From Laetmonice hystrix (taxonomy: Eukaryota), in assembly GCA_965235115.1 (NCBI GenBank), contig OZ249447.1:3224001-3288000 (forward strand): DNA of 64,000 bases. The letters run 5' to 3'. The notes beneath the pieces were generated by a model. That model saw only the letters and a list, made by a program, of their open reading frames with translations. It was not told where the DNA came from and did not search any database. Both the position numbers and the translations under genes were made by a program. How positions within the stretch are numbered: position 1 is the first letter of the stretch; each line of letters begins with the position of its first letter. Below are positions 21,115 to 32,582 of the stretch, piece after piece.

Positions 21115-23200
21115 AACCTGTAGATTGAGAACGAATCACATCACGCCATGTAACGTCAGTCTACTACAAACGTGTAGATTGAGAACGAATCACATCACGC
21201 CATGTAACGTCAGTCTACTACAAACGGAGGGGATCCTGTATAGTTTGGATCTCTGCCAGCTGGGAGCCAATGTACCGCTCCTTGTGGAGGGAAGCACTCG
21301 CCAACCCCTCAATTAACCAAGACGTTCTGGGGGAGAGGGATCAGTAACGTGTCCTTGGTGTATATATAGGACCGAGTCGTGTGGTTATTAAACCACTTGG
21401 ATCATCTCTCGGTCTTTGATCAACGGTTGGGATTGACAGTCTGGAGACATCAATATTGTCAAGGTTCCTCAACGTTTGTGATGGCTGATTCTTCCCCCTC
21501 GAGGATTCATATTCTTGTACCCTCTGTAATTTCTGTGGTGTTTTAAAAATCATATTATGAATATTGTTGGGAGTATATTGAAACGGTTCAGTATAGGTGC
21601 AGTGTACACGTACTACCTCCAGCGGTGGTCTGGATGCTGATAGAGAATGGTAGAACCATTGGGGTGTGAAACTTCGATCAGTGTGTGAGTCACCAAGGTG
21701 CAGTGAGTTCAGACTGAACCGACTGCCTTCTGTGTCTGTCTGAGTCTGGTAGTCAGATACTGTTGACCTAAATACCATCTTATCATAGTTTACACCATGC
21801 TACCTGTAGGCTATGGTTATACTCTATATGCTTATCTGACTGGTTGTTCGTTTTCACTCTATTCTATCCTACCTGTTAATTATGATAGCTTACTTTTATT
21901 ACAGGTAGGTAGAGAATGAGGATGCAAACCTCTGGTTGAACATTTTTTTATTAAATCCAGCTCGAGCAGATGGAGCGATCATTGGATAGTAATCATAACG
22001 AACGATTATCTTTCTTAAACTGAACAGCCAATTACCCTGAAAATTGGTCATTTTAATTAATGTTTAAAAAAATGCACCAGCCACTAGTGACCACCCAGGT
22101 GTGTTTAATCGATGAATTTAGACAGATGTGGACTTTGGTCGACCAACTGTGAGTAACGGGAAAAATCAACCGGCCTTGTTTGTAGAGTGGCCACTTTGGC
22201 TTCAGTGAATGGCAATGAATGCTAGTCATGTTCAAATGCAACTTAAGGAACATTGATAAAAACTGGTGGCCTTAAATTGTAGCCAGCGGCGACTGCTACC
22301 GTACTGGTAGGCACCTTCAACAGGTGTGCTGAGTGGCGGTGTATGTGACCGTGAATGATAAAACTTGGCTAGACTTCAGACACGCCGGGACGTGTTGAGG
22401 GAGTTTATAGTGTAGTATAATGTTCCTGAGGTTTATAGTGTACAGTGGTTTGATAGTACAGAGACGTCTAGTGAGAGGGGAATGTGGCATATCGCAAGGA
22501 ATGCTGATTTATGGTGGCCGTGGGATTCTGTGCATTCAGTGCTATCATCCGCTGAGGTTGTGATCAAGCAGTATGCTGCACAATGCAGGAAAAGCGGGGG
22601 TGATTTAGGTTAAAAGGATGCAGGGGTATTTTCATCTTTGTTTTCCGGGAGTTTGAAGGATGAGAGTTGGTAGACAGGTGTTGGGGTTGGGACTCCGGGG
22701 TTGGTACACTGACCAAGGTGAAGTCTGGGGCCAGGTGTGTCAGGGGTTGATACCTATTTAACTGCTCCGTCAGCGTCCCACCACCTGGAGGAGGAGGGAG
22801 GGAGGGAGAGAGGAAGGAGGAGGTGGGGAGGTGCATGGGTTGCTCCAGGGCGTGGTTTGACAGAAGGAGATGGGCAGCCACAGCCTGGAGCCTTGTCCGG
22901 ATGGATTGACCACGGGCCGGGCCGGGCCGGGCACGCCTGGTCGGCTGGCGGGCAGGGAGGTAGGGAGGTCCGGTAGGCGGGGAAAGGTTGGGCCAAGGCA
23001 ATGCACACCTCACACCTTTCTAAGTGAACCCATGTACAGATCTGTATCCAGGGTCTGGACTGTGGTTACATGGGGCGGGGAGGTGGGGTGGGGTGGAGGT
23101 GTATAGGCAGATAAAGAGGTGGTAGTATAATGGGGTCAGTCTGGACGTGGCAGTGGGGTGAGGGCAGTGGGTCGAGGGCAGTCAGCTGTCTGTGGTCATC

Positions 23201-23488
23201 CCAGGGCCCAGAGCAGGGCCAGACTCGGCCTAGAGCAGAGCCAGACTCGGGCCAGGGCCAGGCCAGACTCGGCCCAGAGCAGGGCCAGACTCGGGCCAGG
23301 GCCAGGCCAGACTCGGCCCAGAGCAGGGCCAGACTCGGCCTAGAGCAGAGCCAGACTCGGCCTAGAGCAGGGCCAGACTCGGGCCAGAGCCAGGCCAGAC
23401 TCGGGCCAGGGCCAGGCCAGACTCGGCCCAGAGCAGGGCCAGACTCGGCCCAGAGCAGGGCCAGACTCGCGCCAGGGCCAGGCCAGAC
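23201..23488. repeat. GC-rich minisatellite, 21-27-bp variant units
   Basis: CAGGGCCAGACTCGG(C/G)C(C/T)AGAG and GGGCCAGGCCAGACTCG variants. Confidence 0.92.
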
Positions 23489-23778
23489 CACCGATTAAAA
23501 GTCCCCCTCCCATACCTGTGAACCACGTGTCTCGACCTTGTCCTCTCCGACTCGCCCTCCATAGAGTCCAACCACTTGACCTATATTCAAACTTGACCTA
23601 TATTCAAATTTGTGTATTAAAAGGAAGTGCTGGCTCAGGTAATGAGGTCAGTGAATGAAAGGTACCACTTTAATTGATTCATTATCATAAACATTCCCAC
23701 TGAGCGAGGGGCCAGAGTATGACATAATTATTACACACCTGTACAACCTCTCACCTTCTGAGAAACTCAATTTGTTAA

Positions 23779-24305
23779 AGGGAGTCGTAAAATTCATTTT
23801 TTTCGATTTATGGCAGTCTTAGAAACATATGATTCGCATACCTTGGACTCCCAGTAACATCATGTGAGACTGTTATGGCCCAGCGACCAGTATTTAGTAA
23901 GGAAAATATGCCAAATCTCTCGCACATACGTAGCTCAGAATTAGCGAGTGGCCCACAGGATATTTGAGTTGGCCGCGGTCGGGCGATGATGAAGCGTGAT
24001 CACGTGACTTCCGGGTGTACATGCGGTATTTAGGTCAACATTAGACTAGAGGGAGATTCCCTTCCACACCCGGAAGTCACGTGATCACGCGTCATCATCG
24101 CCCGACCGCGGCCAACTCAAATATCCTGTGGGCCACTCGCTAATTCTGAGCTACGTATTTGCGAGAGATTTGGCATATTTTCCTTACTAAATACTGGTCG
24201 CTGGGCCATAAGAGTCTCACATGATGTTACTGGGAGTCCAAGGTATGCGAATCATATGTTTCTAAGACTGCCATAAATCGAAAAAAATGAATTTTACGAC
24301 TCCCT
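23779..24305. mobile_element. Fold-back MITE, Kolobok/T2-type (TTAA TSD, AGGG...CCCT termini)
   Basis: 240-bp arms (23779-24018, 24066-24305) with about 3 mismatches by eye and a 47-bp spacer; TTAA at 23775-23778 and 24306-24309. Confidence 0.88.
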
Positions 24306-25459
24306 TTAATTCTAAGAAATTCCTCGGATACTACAAAATGTAAATTGCAGATAAACCAGGCATTGACCTCAAAGACTATTACAGATTTAGCCATATACCT
24401 GGAAGCTGTAACAAGGGATGCGGTTGTGTTATTTTTACTAGGACGGTTGAAGAACAGCACCTCTGGGATTGTACTAAATCAGTATCAGCTGTATAATATT
24501 AATCAAGTCAGGTCATGAATATGGTATCCTGCAGGCAGTGAATATTCATGTTGACTCCGACAGCCGTTACACTTGAAATGTCTACAAATGGTGTTATAAA
24601 ACTGGACACGGGTGATTCCAGGGCTAAATGATGCAGTCTCACTGACTTGATAAACAGTATGTTCACATAAAGTCCAAGAAAAGTGATATTCCTGTGGAAT
24701 ATGACACGAATAAACACAGTTGTGATGTCCGTTTTTGTAGCTAACCCAGTGGTGATGTCCGTTTTTGTAGCTAACCCAGGGATCAGCGACCTGACACAGG
24801 TTCAGTGCTGGCGGGGTTGGTCGTTATTATGATTTAACGATACGGGCGGACTGTCAGGCCTAGGCTCCCGGGACTCTCGGGGTGGACAGGTTAGAGTCGG
24901 GGCCAGGATATATGGCAGGCCGTAACCCTCATAACACTGTCATCAGTAGCGCCACTACCTCCGCCTCAGGGGAGCGTTCTCAGCGCCCGACAGGCAATTA
25001 CTGCTCGCACTGCTATCCATAATGTGGGAGTTTGAAAGGCTCTTCAAAACTTTTATGAAATGTCCCCTTCCCCAGCAGCCATTTCAAAATGATGTTACAT
25101 AACCTGTAAGAATAGACAGATTCCCCCTGTGCCATTATAATGTATCATTACCCCTGTTTCATATAATATAGGCCTATATTCAGCCAATTCATATAATATA
25201 TATAATTCCCTTAGTGTCATATAATATATGATTAGGCCTGGCCCGGTCACAACAGGAATCAGATAATAGCCTAATGTCTCTAAAATGTTAATGAATGTAT
25301 TTACGGAGGTCTCAGTGAAGTCGATGTTAAGGTTTCACAGATGGGATAAATGAAGGATATGTTAAGTAGGCCTCAAGTAGGCCTGTTCCTGTAACAGTTT
25401 GTGTCAGACCAGTGTGGTAAAGTTTTATATTAATGTTTTCTCTGTGTTCTGTGTTACAG

Positions 25460-25812
25460 ATGGAATAAACGAGGTGAAAGCAACATGTCGTCTGTTTGTC
25501 CGTCTCGTCACGGAGGACATGCTCTACACGAGCGTGACGTTACGTCTTAACGCCATCACACAGACAGCGTTCCTCTCTCCTCTCTACCACCGCTTCGTGG
25601 CAGCACTGGCGTCTATCATTCCCACCACCGAGGATAACATTTACGTCATCAACGTCAATGACGACACTGACGTCACGGATAAAATACTTAACGTCAGTTT
25701 TAGTGTGCGACAAAAGGTTGAGAATAACCGGGATGTGTATTACTCACCTCAGTTTCTACGGGAACGAGTTTACCTACAGCGCACCCTGCTGGCCAAGTTG
25801 TCAACACTGGAG
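25460..25812 (+). CDS. Celsr: Celsr/Flamingo internal exon: end of cadherin repeat plus atypical CADH9/Flamingo-box region
   Basis: (D)GINEVKATCRLFVRLVTEDMLYTSVTLRL...FLSPL...NDDTDVTDKILNVSFS...YLQRTLL matches CELSR DGIHSVTA.C...TDDMLTNSITVRL...FLSPL...NDTDV..ILNVTFS...YLNRTLL; acceptor TTACAG (phase 1), donor GAG|GTAAGT (phase 0). Confidence 0.96.
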
Positions 25813-27756
25813 GTAAGTGTCCTTGTTACCTGATATATTCCAAAATTTGCATACGTCATAGATCTCATTGTTTTCTCCAGCGTTTCAGTTCAGTTCAACT
25901 TTGGAGGAATCCCAGGGACGTGTTAGATTCTCTGTAATTGTATCTGAGGCAACAAATGGCCAACTTGAATTTCTCCAGGCTGAGTAGGGTCAAAGGTTAG
26001 GTGGTTAATGGGGAGTTGCCCCAGCTTGGGTGTTAAAGCCAATATGTGGCTTGTCATTCAGAATGGAACAGGAGGATTGATGGCTGAGAATGAAATCAAA
26101 ACGCTGAGTTTACAGTTTCCAACACGTAACCAAGCTCCTCGTGACAATAAAAAGATCTGTATCCCATTGTTATGAGTAAGGTGATCCCATTGCGTAGATC
26201 CTTAGGTGAGCTGGGACTCTCGGTACAATATTTAATAACCATCAAGTCAAAATAGGGATACAGTTTCAACTGTTGTGTGAGGAATAGTTGCTGTACTGAA
26301 AGAGTGAGCCAAGCTGGCGGTTGTTGTATTGAGGATGGGATCAGGTTTAGTGAGGGGATCTTTGTCCCGAACATTATTCATTATCTTTACTCCTACCTTG
26401 ACGTGTGCGATGTCTCACAGATGTGAGATTTAGAAATACGTCAGACAAGGATGAACTAGCTACAGTGACACGTTGACGGAGGAGTCAGCATCTGCTTTAG
26501 GAGGTAACCGATTTCCCGATGACAGTGGGGGTCAGCCTCTGGTTGAGGAGGCAGCCAATTTCAGGGTTCATGTTGCCGTAGCCGTCTCCGAGTCAGCCTG
26601 TAATGTTGGGATCCAACTGGGGAGGTCGGCGCCATGGCCCTGAGCTGACAGGTGACAACATCCATTAATATTAGCTTTGGAAGAGGAGACTGCTCACGAA
26701 TAAGGTTTCAGTGATCACCCCCTCCGTGCCCCGTACCCTCACCCCAGTTCTCACCCCCATGTAGGGTTTATTTGATACAGAAAGTTTAGATCCGAACCCA
26801 GCCGTGCGATTTCAGGCCCACACTGGGTAAATCTCAGCAGTATTTCAGATCATGTTTCACAGCTAAGCCGCTTAGCATACAGAGGCAGTGGGATGTTTTT
26901 TTCACTTAGGGTCAAAAAGGGGGGTAAAAGTAGGAGTCCAGGTCCTTCCACCCCCGCCCCCAACACGTGACTGGGCTGAAGATGGTGGTAGACAGATGGT
27001 TCACGTTAGCTTGGGAAGTGTTTGAGCCGTGTTCGAGCATCCAGACTGTTACAACTCGGTGAGGGCAATCGGCCATGTCTGAGCGGAGTGTTGGGGGAAA
27101 CTCCAGCCTTTACTGGACTCCTCCCACAGCAAACATACCGACATGTTATTACAAACACGACCTACCCCAGCCGGCGACCGACCTACCCTGGCCGGCGGCC
27201 GACCTACCCTGGCCGGCGGCCGACCTACCCCGACCTCAGACCTCCGTACCCTGCCGGTCCCTCGGCCCCAGCCGGCTCCGTCGCCGCCCAGCCTCACGGC
27301 CACACTCAGTGGTCTTATAAAACGCTTCAACTCATTCCAGACATGAGGAATTCAAACTGATCTTTTCAATCTTACTCCATTCTTCTGAAATATTTGCGGA
27401 CTTAGGCCTGCCATCCCTATGTGTTGAAATGAAGTCTTTCTGTGTCTCAAAATAGATGTAGGCCCAAATAAAGTAATCTGGGGTGAGTTTACTCAAATCA
27501 ACACCAAGATTTATGGTGCTGGCAACAGGCCTTGCAGCACTCAGCAGGTCAGTGACTGTCGGGACTCGGTGGTCACTGCTCGGTGGTCACTGCTCGGTGG
27601 TCACTGCTCGGTGCTTCAGATCATGATTCCCATTTCTTGAAACCACTTGTTTCCAGGTCAGTTTGGGTCGGTGACTTTAGTATGGTTGACATCTGTTGAT
27701 GATAGGGCCTTCGGTATGAAGGTCAGGGGTCGTTGAAATCTGTCAGGTCTGACCAG

Positions 27757-27969
27757 GCCCCGGTTTCAGAAAGGCTCTAAGCAGCAAGTTTGAAGTTAAG
27801 AAGGGCTACGGTGGCCCATAAGGACACAGACACTGTAACTTTCTAAAATATTACCACCGATGAAAATCAATCTAGAATGTTAAAAACTGTAAAGGTTTGT
27901 GTCACTTTGGGCTGCCGTAGCTCTGCTTAACATAAAGCTTGCTGCTTAGAGCCTTTCTGAAACCGGAGC
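27757..27969. mobile_element. PIF/Harbinger-type MITE (213 bp, CAG TSD)
   Basis: TIR GC(C/T)CCGGTTTCAGAAAGGCTCTAAGCAGCAAG (about 32 bp); CAG at 27754-27756 and 27970-27972 fits the CWG TSD known for animal Harbingers. Confidence 0.78.
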
Positions 27970-28119
27970 CAGAACCCCATGTCTACAAGTATGGATGGTG
28001 TCTCAACCCCTGGGGTTCTGGAAGTTTGGGTAGGAAGCGAATACATCCATACAATCCAATTACCCAGTCTTGAAATGTACAGACATCACATCATTGTTTG
28101 ACTGTACTTGCAATAAGTG

Positions 28120-28795
28120 TCCAGTCATCCAGGCCAGGATCTAGACATAGTTGAGGCCGATCTCCCACCGCCTAACCTCAGACTGAGTGAGCTTTGAGTT
28201 GATGATGGAGCAGTCATCATTTGTTGGTGAGCAGTCATCCAGTGTTTGTGAGGCCAGGATCTAGACATAGTTGAGGCCGATCTCCCACCGCCTGACCTCA
28301 GACTGGGTGAGCTTTGAGTTGATGATGGAGCAGTCATCATTTGTTGGTGAGCAGTCATCCAGTGTTTGTGAGGCCAGTGTTTGTGAGGCCAGGATCTAGA
28401 CAGTGTTTGTGAGGCCGATCTCCCACCGCCTGACCTCAGACTGAGTGAACTTTGAGTTGATGATGGAGCAGTCATCCAATGATTGCGAGGCCAGGATCTA
28501 GACATAGTTGAGGCCGATCTCCCACCGCCTGACCTCAGACTGGGTGAGCTTTGAGTTGATGATGGAGCAGTCATCATTTGTTGGTGAGCAGTCATCCAGT
28601 GTTTGTGAGGCCAGTGTTTGTGAGGCCAGGATCTAGACAGTGTTTGTGAGGCCGATCTCCCACCGCCTGACCTCAGACTGAGTGAACTTTGAGTTGATGA
28701 TGGAGCAGTCATCCAGTGTTTGCGAGGCCAGGATCTAGACATAGTTGAGGCCGATCTCCCACCGCCTGACCGAGGAGTGAGCTTTGAGTTGATGG
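28120..28795. repeat. Modular tandem repeat, about 110-150-bp units
   Basis: GAGGCCAGGATCTAGAC...GAGGCCGATCTCCCACCGCCTGACCTCAGACTG...TTTGAGTTGATGATGGAGCAGTCATC repeated with indel modules. Confidence 0.93.
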
Positions 28796-31333
28796 ATGAC
28801 CTTGTGGTCTCACCACTGACGGTCAGAACCGTGCCGCGTGCCACGTTTGACCTTCAGTTGGTCCTTCGCCATGGCACGTGGTGATATCATATGTTGAGTT
28901 GACCACCTATAAAATCCATTTAGCATGAAGTCCAAACGACCCCAGACATGTCAGACTACGTGAAGCCTTCGGGCCTTTGGCATCCAGTGAGAAGATTTGT
29001 TTTTCACCAAACTTTGGGGTAGTTTGTCCTATAAATGGACGCATTTAGATGAAAAATTGGAGTTGACCGGGCTGGGGTGTTACCTTTAGGGTCAGTGGTT
29101 TGGGAGGTCAAGGTCATGACAAGGTCAAAGTGTAAGGTGACAGGTTATTGAGATCAGAATACAAAGGTCAATCACTGTCCAGGTTTGTAAGTCATGTGAG
29201 ACCCAGGGGTATTGGATGACAGTAATCGAAGCTAACTTGACCAAACACCACGGTTTCTTGTGACTCTGACCCAGGTTGCATAGGGTAAAATTATAACTCC
29301 AAAACATATGATTGATCTGGGTCAAATGTACGGGTGACAGACTGCCTTCACAGAGGATATCTGAGAAGGAAATATGTTCTGTAAGTAGAATTCAGTGCCG
29401 AGTCATGTAAGTTCTCCCTGTCTCGTATAATGTTAAATATCTACCAACATATCGGAGTAATCGAATTCCAGGTGATTGAGATAGAAGAGGGACGAACGCG
29501 CGTTATTTAATACCAGGACGCGTGCTGTCAGTTATGAAGATTAATATGTTTATGGCTATGTTTAGCGACTGGTCACTAGGTCAGTGTGGTCAGTAGTTAT
29601 AGAGTGGACACCGGGTGGACAGGACGGGAGCTGTTAACACACCCATGATCTGGGAAATCTCCGGGAGTGGTCAAGGAAAGCTCTAATCGGACTTCATTGA
29701 TGGGCAGCTGATGGACAGCATTGAAATGGTCGCGGAGAGAAATAAAACATTAGCTGGACACGAGTTAGAACATTAACGGGAGCATTAGTGGGAGCATTAG
29801 GCAGACCTGTATGTGGAGGTAATCGTGGTATTAAACGGGCTCTGACTGGGGGTTGGGTCTAATAGAGAAATAAAGTAGTAATAGTCGTCAGAATGAGATA
29901 CTTGACCTCCTTCCAGGGGGCATTAAACGGATGGTCGGCAGCTCATGGTGAGACAGAATCTCAAGCATAATTCCATCTTTCCTGATCTGTCAAAGTGTGT
30001 AGTCAAAGAAAAATGAAAGAAACGAAAATTGAATGTGTTTAGTGGTGACTTGTTAAGTGATAAAGAATGAGTTATCTGTGGCAACACGTGGCAATTTTAA
30101 CGCATTATTAGGAATCCTGTGATCATGAGGTAGAACGTGCAGTTAATGAGATTATGACTTGAAAGTGGGTTCTGTCGCGAGGAGGCAATGATGAAGAGCA
30201 GCTGCTTCTGTCACCGGGAGGCAATCCAGCCCCATTATAACGGAATTACAATGGAGTCGTTGTCATGTTTCTGATTTGTCGGCGCTTTCAGTGGTCTGTA
30301 TTGTTTCGTGCTGGATGTGTAATTACCACACACCCTGACATGACCACACTCGCTCTGCTCACCAATACTCGCTATTGATTGGTTACCCACTCGTCACAGT
30401 GCATGCTGGGATATCGAGGGGAGGCCTGTTGTCACATCTGTCTGTGTGAGGTTGTATTCTCGTTAAACCCGCCGTGGAATCTGAATAGAATCTGAAAAAA
30501 TGTCGGCTGTCGGATTGCTTCCAATAATATTATTCCCGTTGTGGGATCTTCTTTTTTTAAGTCTGAACAGGGCGTATAGAATAGGAAGTATAAAAAATGC
30601 CTCCTTACGCATTCCCTTTTCTCCTGTTGTGAGATCTGTAGGCATAGAAATGGATTTGAGCGGTGGATTTCCTCCACAGAGCGCCCAAGGTGTCCACGGT
30701 TCCCATGATAATCGACTCGGCCTCATCCGGTCCACCTGGCCCCAATTAGTCAGAGAACCTGCCACCAGGGGGCCACAAGATCTCCAGTTGGATGACCACC
30801 ATGAGGGAGCATGGCTGAGGTTGAGGTCCTAATTACGAGGACGAGAGGCAGGAAGGGTGGGTGCGAGCAGGCCACATAAACTCAACCAACTGTTTAACTT
30901 TACTAAAAGGTCGCCTGGGCAGGCATTCAATGTGTTGAAAGTTGTTTTATTTATTGAGTTGTTTGAGCTGGCCCCTTACTTACGTGCCCATTGTGGTCTT
31001 GGGTTAATGGGAGTCCGAGGTAGGAATGTAAGGAGGAGGAGAGGGCACAAATAGAATAAGTGCCACTTGAAACTGTGGAGACCATGTAAGACGAGGAAAG
31101 TGAAGCAGCGGGGTGAAGCAGCGGGGTGGGCAGTGTTTGACATTACTCACTTACTCGGTACACAAAAGGTGGAGGGTCGTTTAACCTGGATTAATTTCTC
31201 ACACAGGGTCCGGTATTTCATGACCTCATTTGGAACTGTTAAGTTAACTACCGGCCATTTAATTTCAATGAATTTTCATGACTTTACAGAATTCTGTAAT
31301 AAACCACTGACGACTGATTCTACAGTTACGAGT

Positions 31334-31421
31334 CTGGGGCTCGTTTCACTAAACACTCGTTAACAAGAAGAAACTCGTACATTTTGCGTAAAATAGGAGT
31401 GTTTAGTGAAACGGTCCCCAG
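31334..31421. mobile_element. 88-bp Harbinger-like mini inverted-repeat element
   Basis: CTGGGGCTCGTTTCACTAAACACTC ... GAGTGTTTAGTGAAACGGTCCCCAG, about 25-bp arms with 2 mismatches; flanks CTG/CAG are not an identical TSD. Confidence 0.55.
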
Positions 31422-32481
31422 ATCTTTGTAATAACACCATGAATGGGTTGAGGCTGATTGAGAAGATTGAAGTGAAGAATTAGTTGGATCACTCTGGAGA
31501 AAGTGTCCTCACTCCGAGAATATGTAATAAATCATTGGCTCGTGCACATGACGACGACATTCGTCATGTTAGTACGGCCAGCTGCCGCCAGGTGTTGAGG
31601 TTCGAACACGGGCCATGACAGTAGTCGTCAACAGGTAGAGTTAGCGGGGTGGTAAGTGACCAAGGGGTCTGGACTGGGTATGGTCAGAGTGGTGGGCATA
31701 CCTGCTGCCTGGGTCTGGCTAATATAACCTAGGCATAGTGGACAGGGGGCAGGTCGGGACCAAGGTATGAGAGGTCATAGCAGTATGTCAATATTGTAGT
31801 TGGCGTTCGTACCCTGCTACCCCAAGCGGGGCAGGTGGTCAGTGACAGCCTGTGGTCAAGGATGGAGGAGTGACCATTGTCCACTAGGGTATCATCAAAC
31901 TGATTTATGGCATGTGTCTAGATGGAGATCTACAGTTGAGCTATGTAAACTCACCAACCCAGGGAAAATATGGCAGGACCTGATAAGAATTCCTATAAAT
32001 GCTACCTTTTTAATCTATGTACATATTGGCAGCTGTTTGTTTACTCTTAGTGAAGGAAATTGGGTCTAGTACTGCCATTGTCAGTTACAACAGACCGGTT
32101 TTCATATGTTGAGATATAGAGGAACACTAAAGGAAATTTTCATCACCATAGAAGGCTGTGTCTGTATGTTTCAGCAAGAAATATGAGACTTCTCACGTAG
32201 TCATGGGAGCATTAAGGGAACGGACAAAATAACTTCTTCAGTTTAAAATGATACAGAGAATGTGTGTTTGTGGTTTAAAACCATCTCCACATCATGTTGT
32301 GACTGTGAGCTGTACATTTCCTCAGTGACATTATCATTTACCATTTATAAGATCTGAGAAGCTGAAGGTCACGAGTAGAGGTCACGTAGCCAGGTCATTC
32401 TTCCATTGTCAAATTCCCACGAAATTGAAGGTAGGGTTTAGATTCCGGGGTTGGGCTAGGAATAATAAGGGAGGTCTAGGT

Positions 32482-32582
32482 ACCGGAAGTAGGTCCCTAC
32501 ATGTTGAGTTCAGACCCGGAACCGGAAGTAGACCCCTACGTGTTGAGTTCAGACCCGGAACCGGAATTAGGCCCCTACATGT
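32482..32582. repeat. 39-bp repeat, about 2.6 copies, carrying ACCGGAAGT ETS-type sites
   Basis: ACCGGAA(G/T)T at 32482, 32521, 32560. Confidence 0.85.

Noticed and set aside
1-25459. Expected upstream cadherin exon of Celsr
   Set aside because: No cadherin motifs found in the ORF track or by eye; probably outside the window, although a short exon could have been missed. The next LamG exon was likewise not found in 58536-64000
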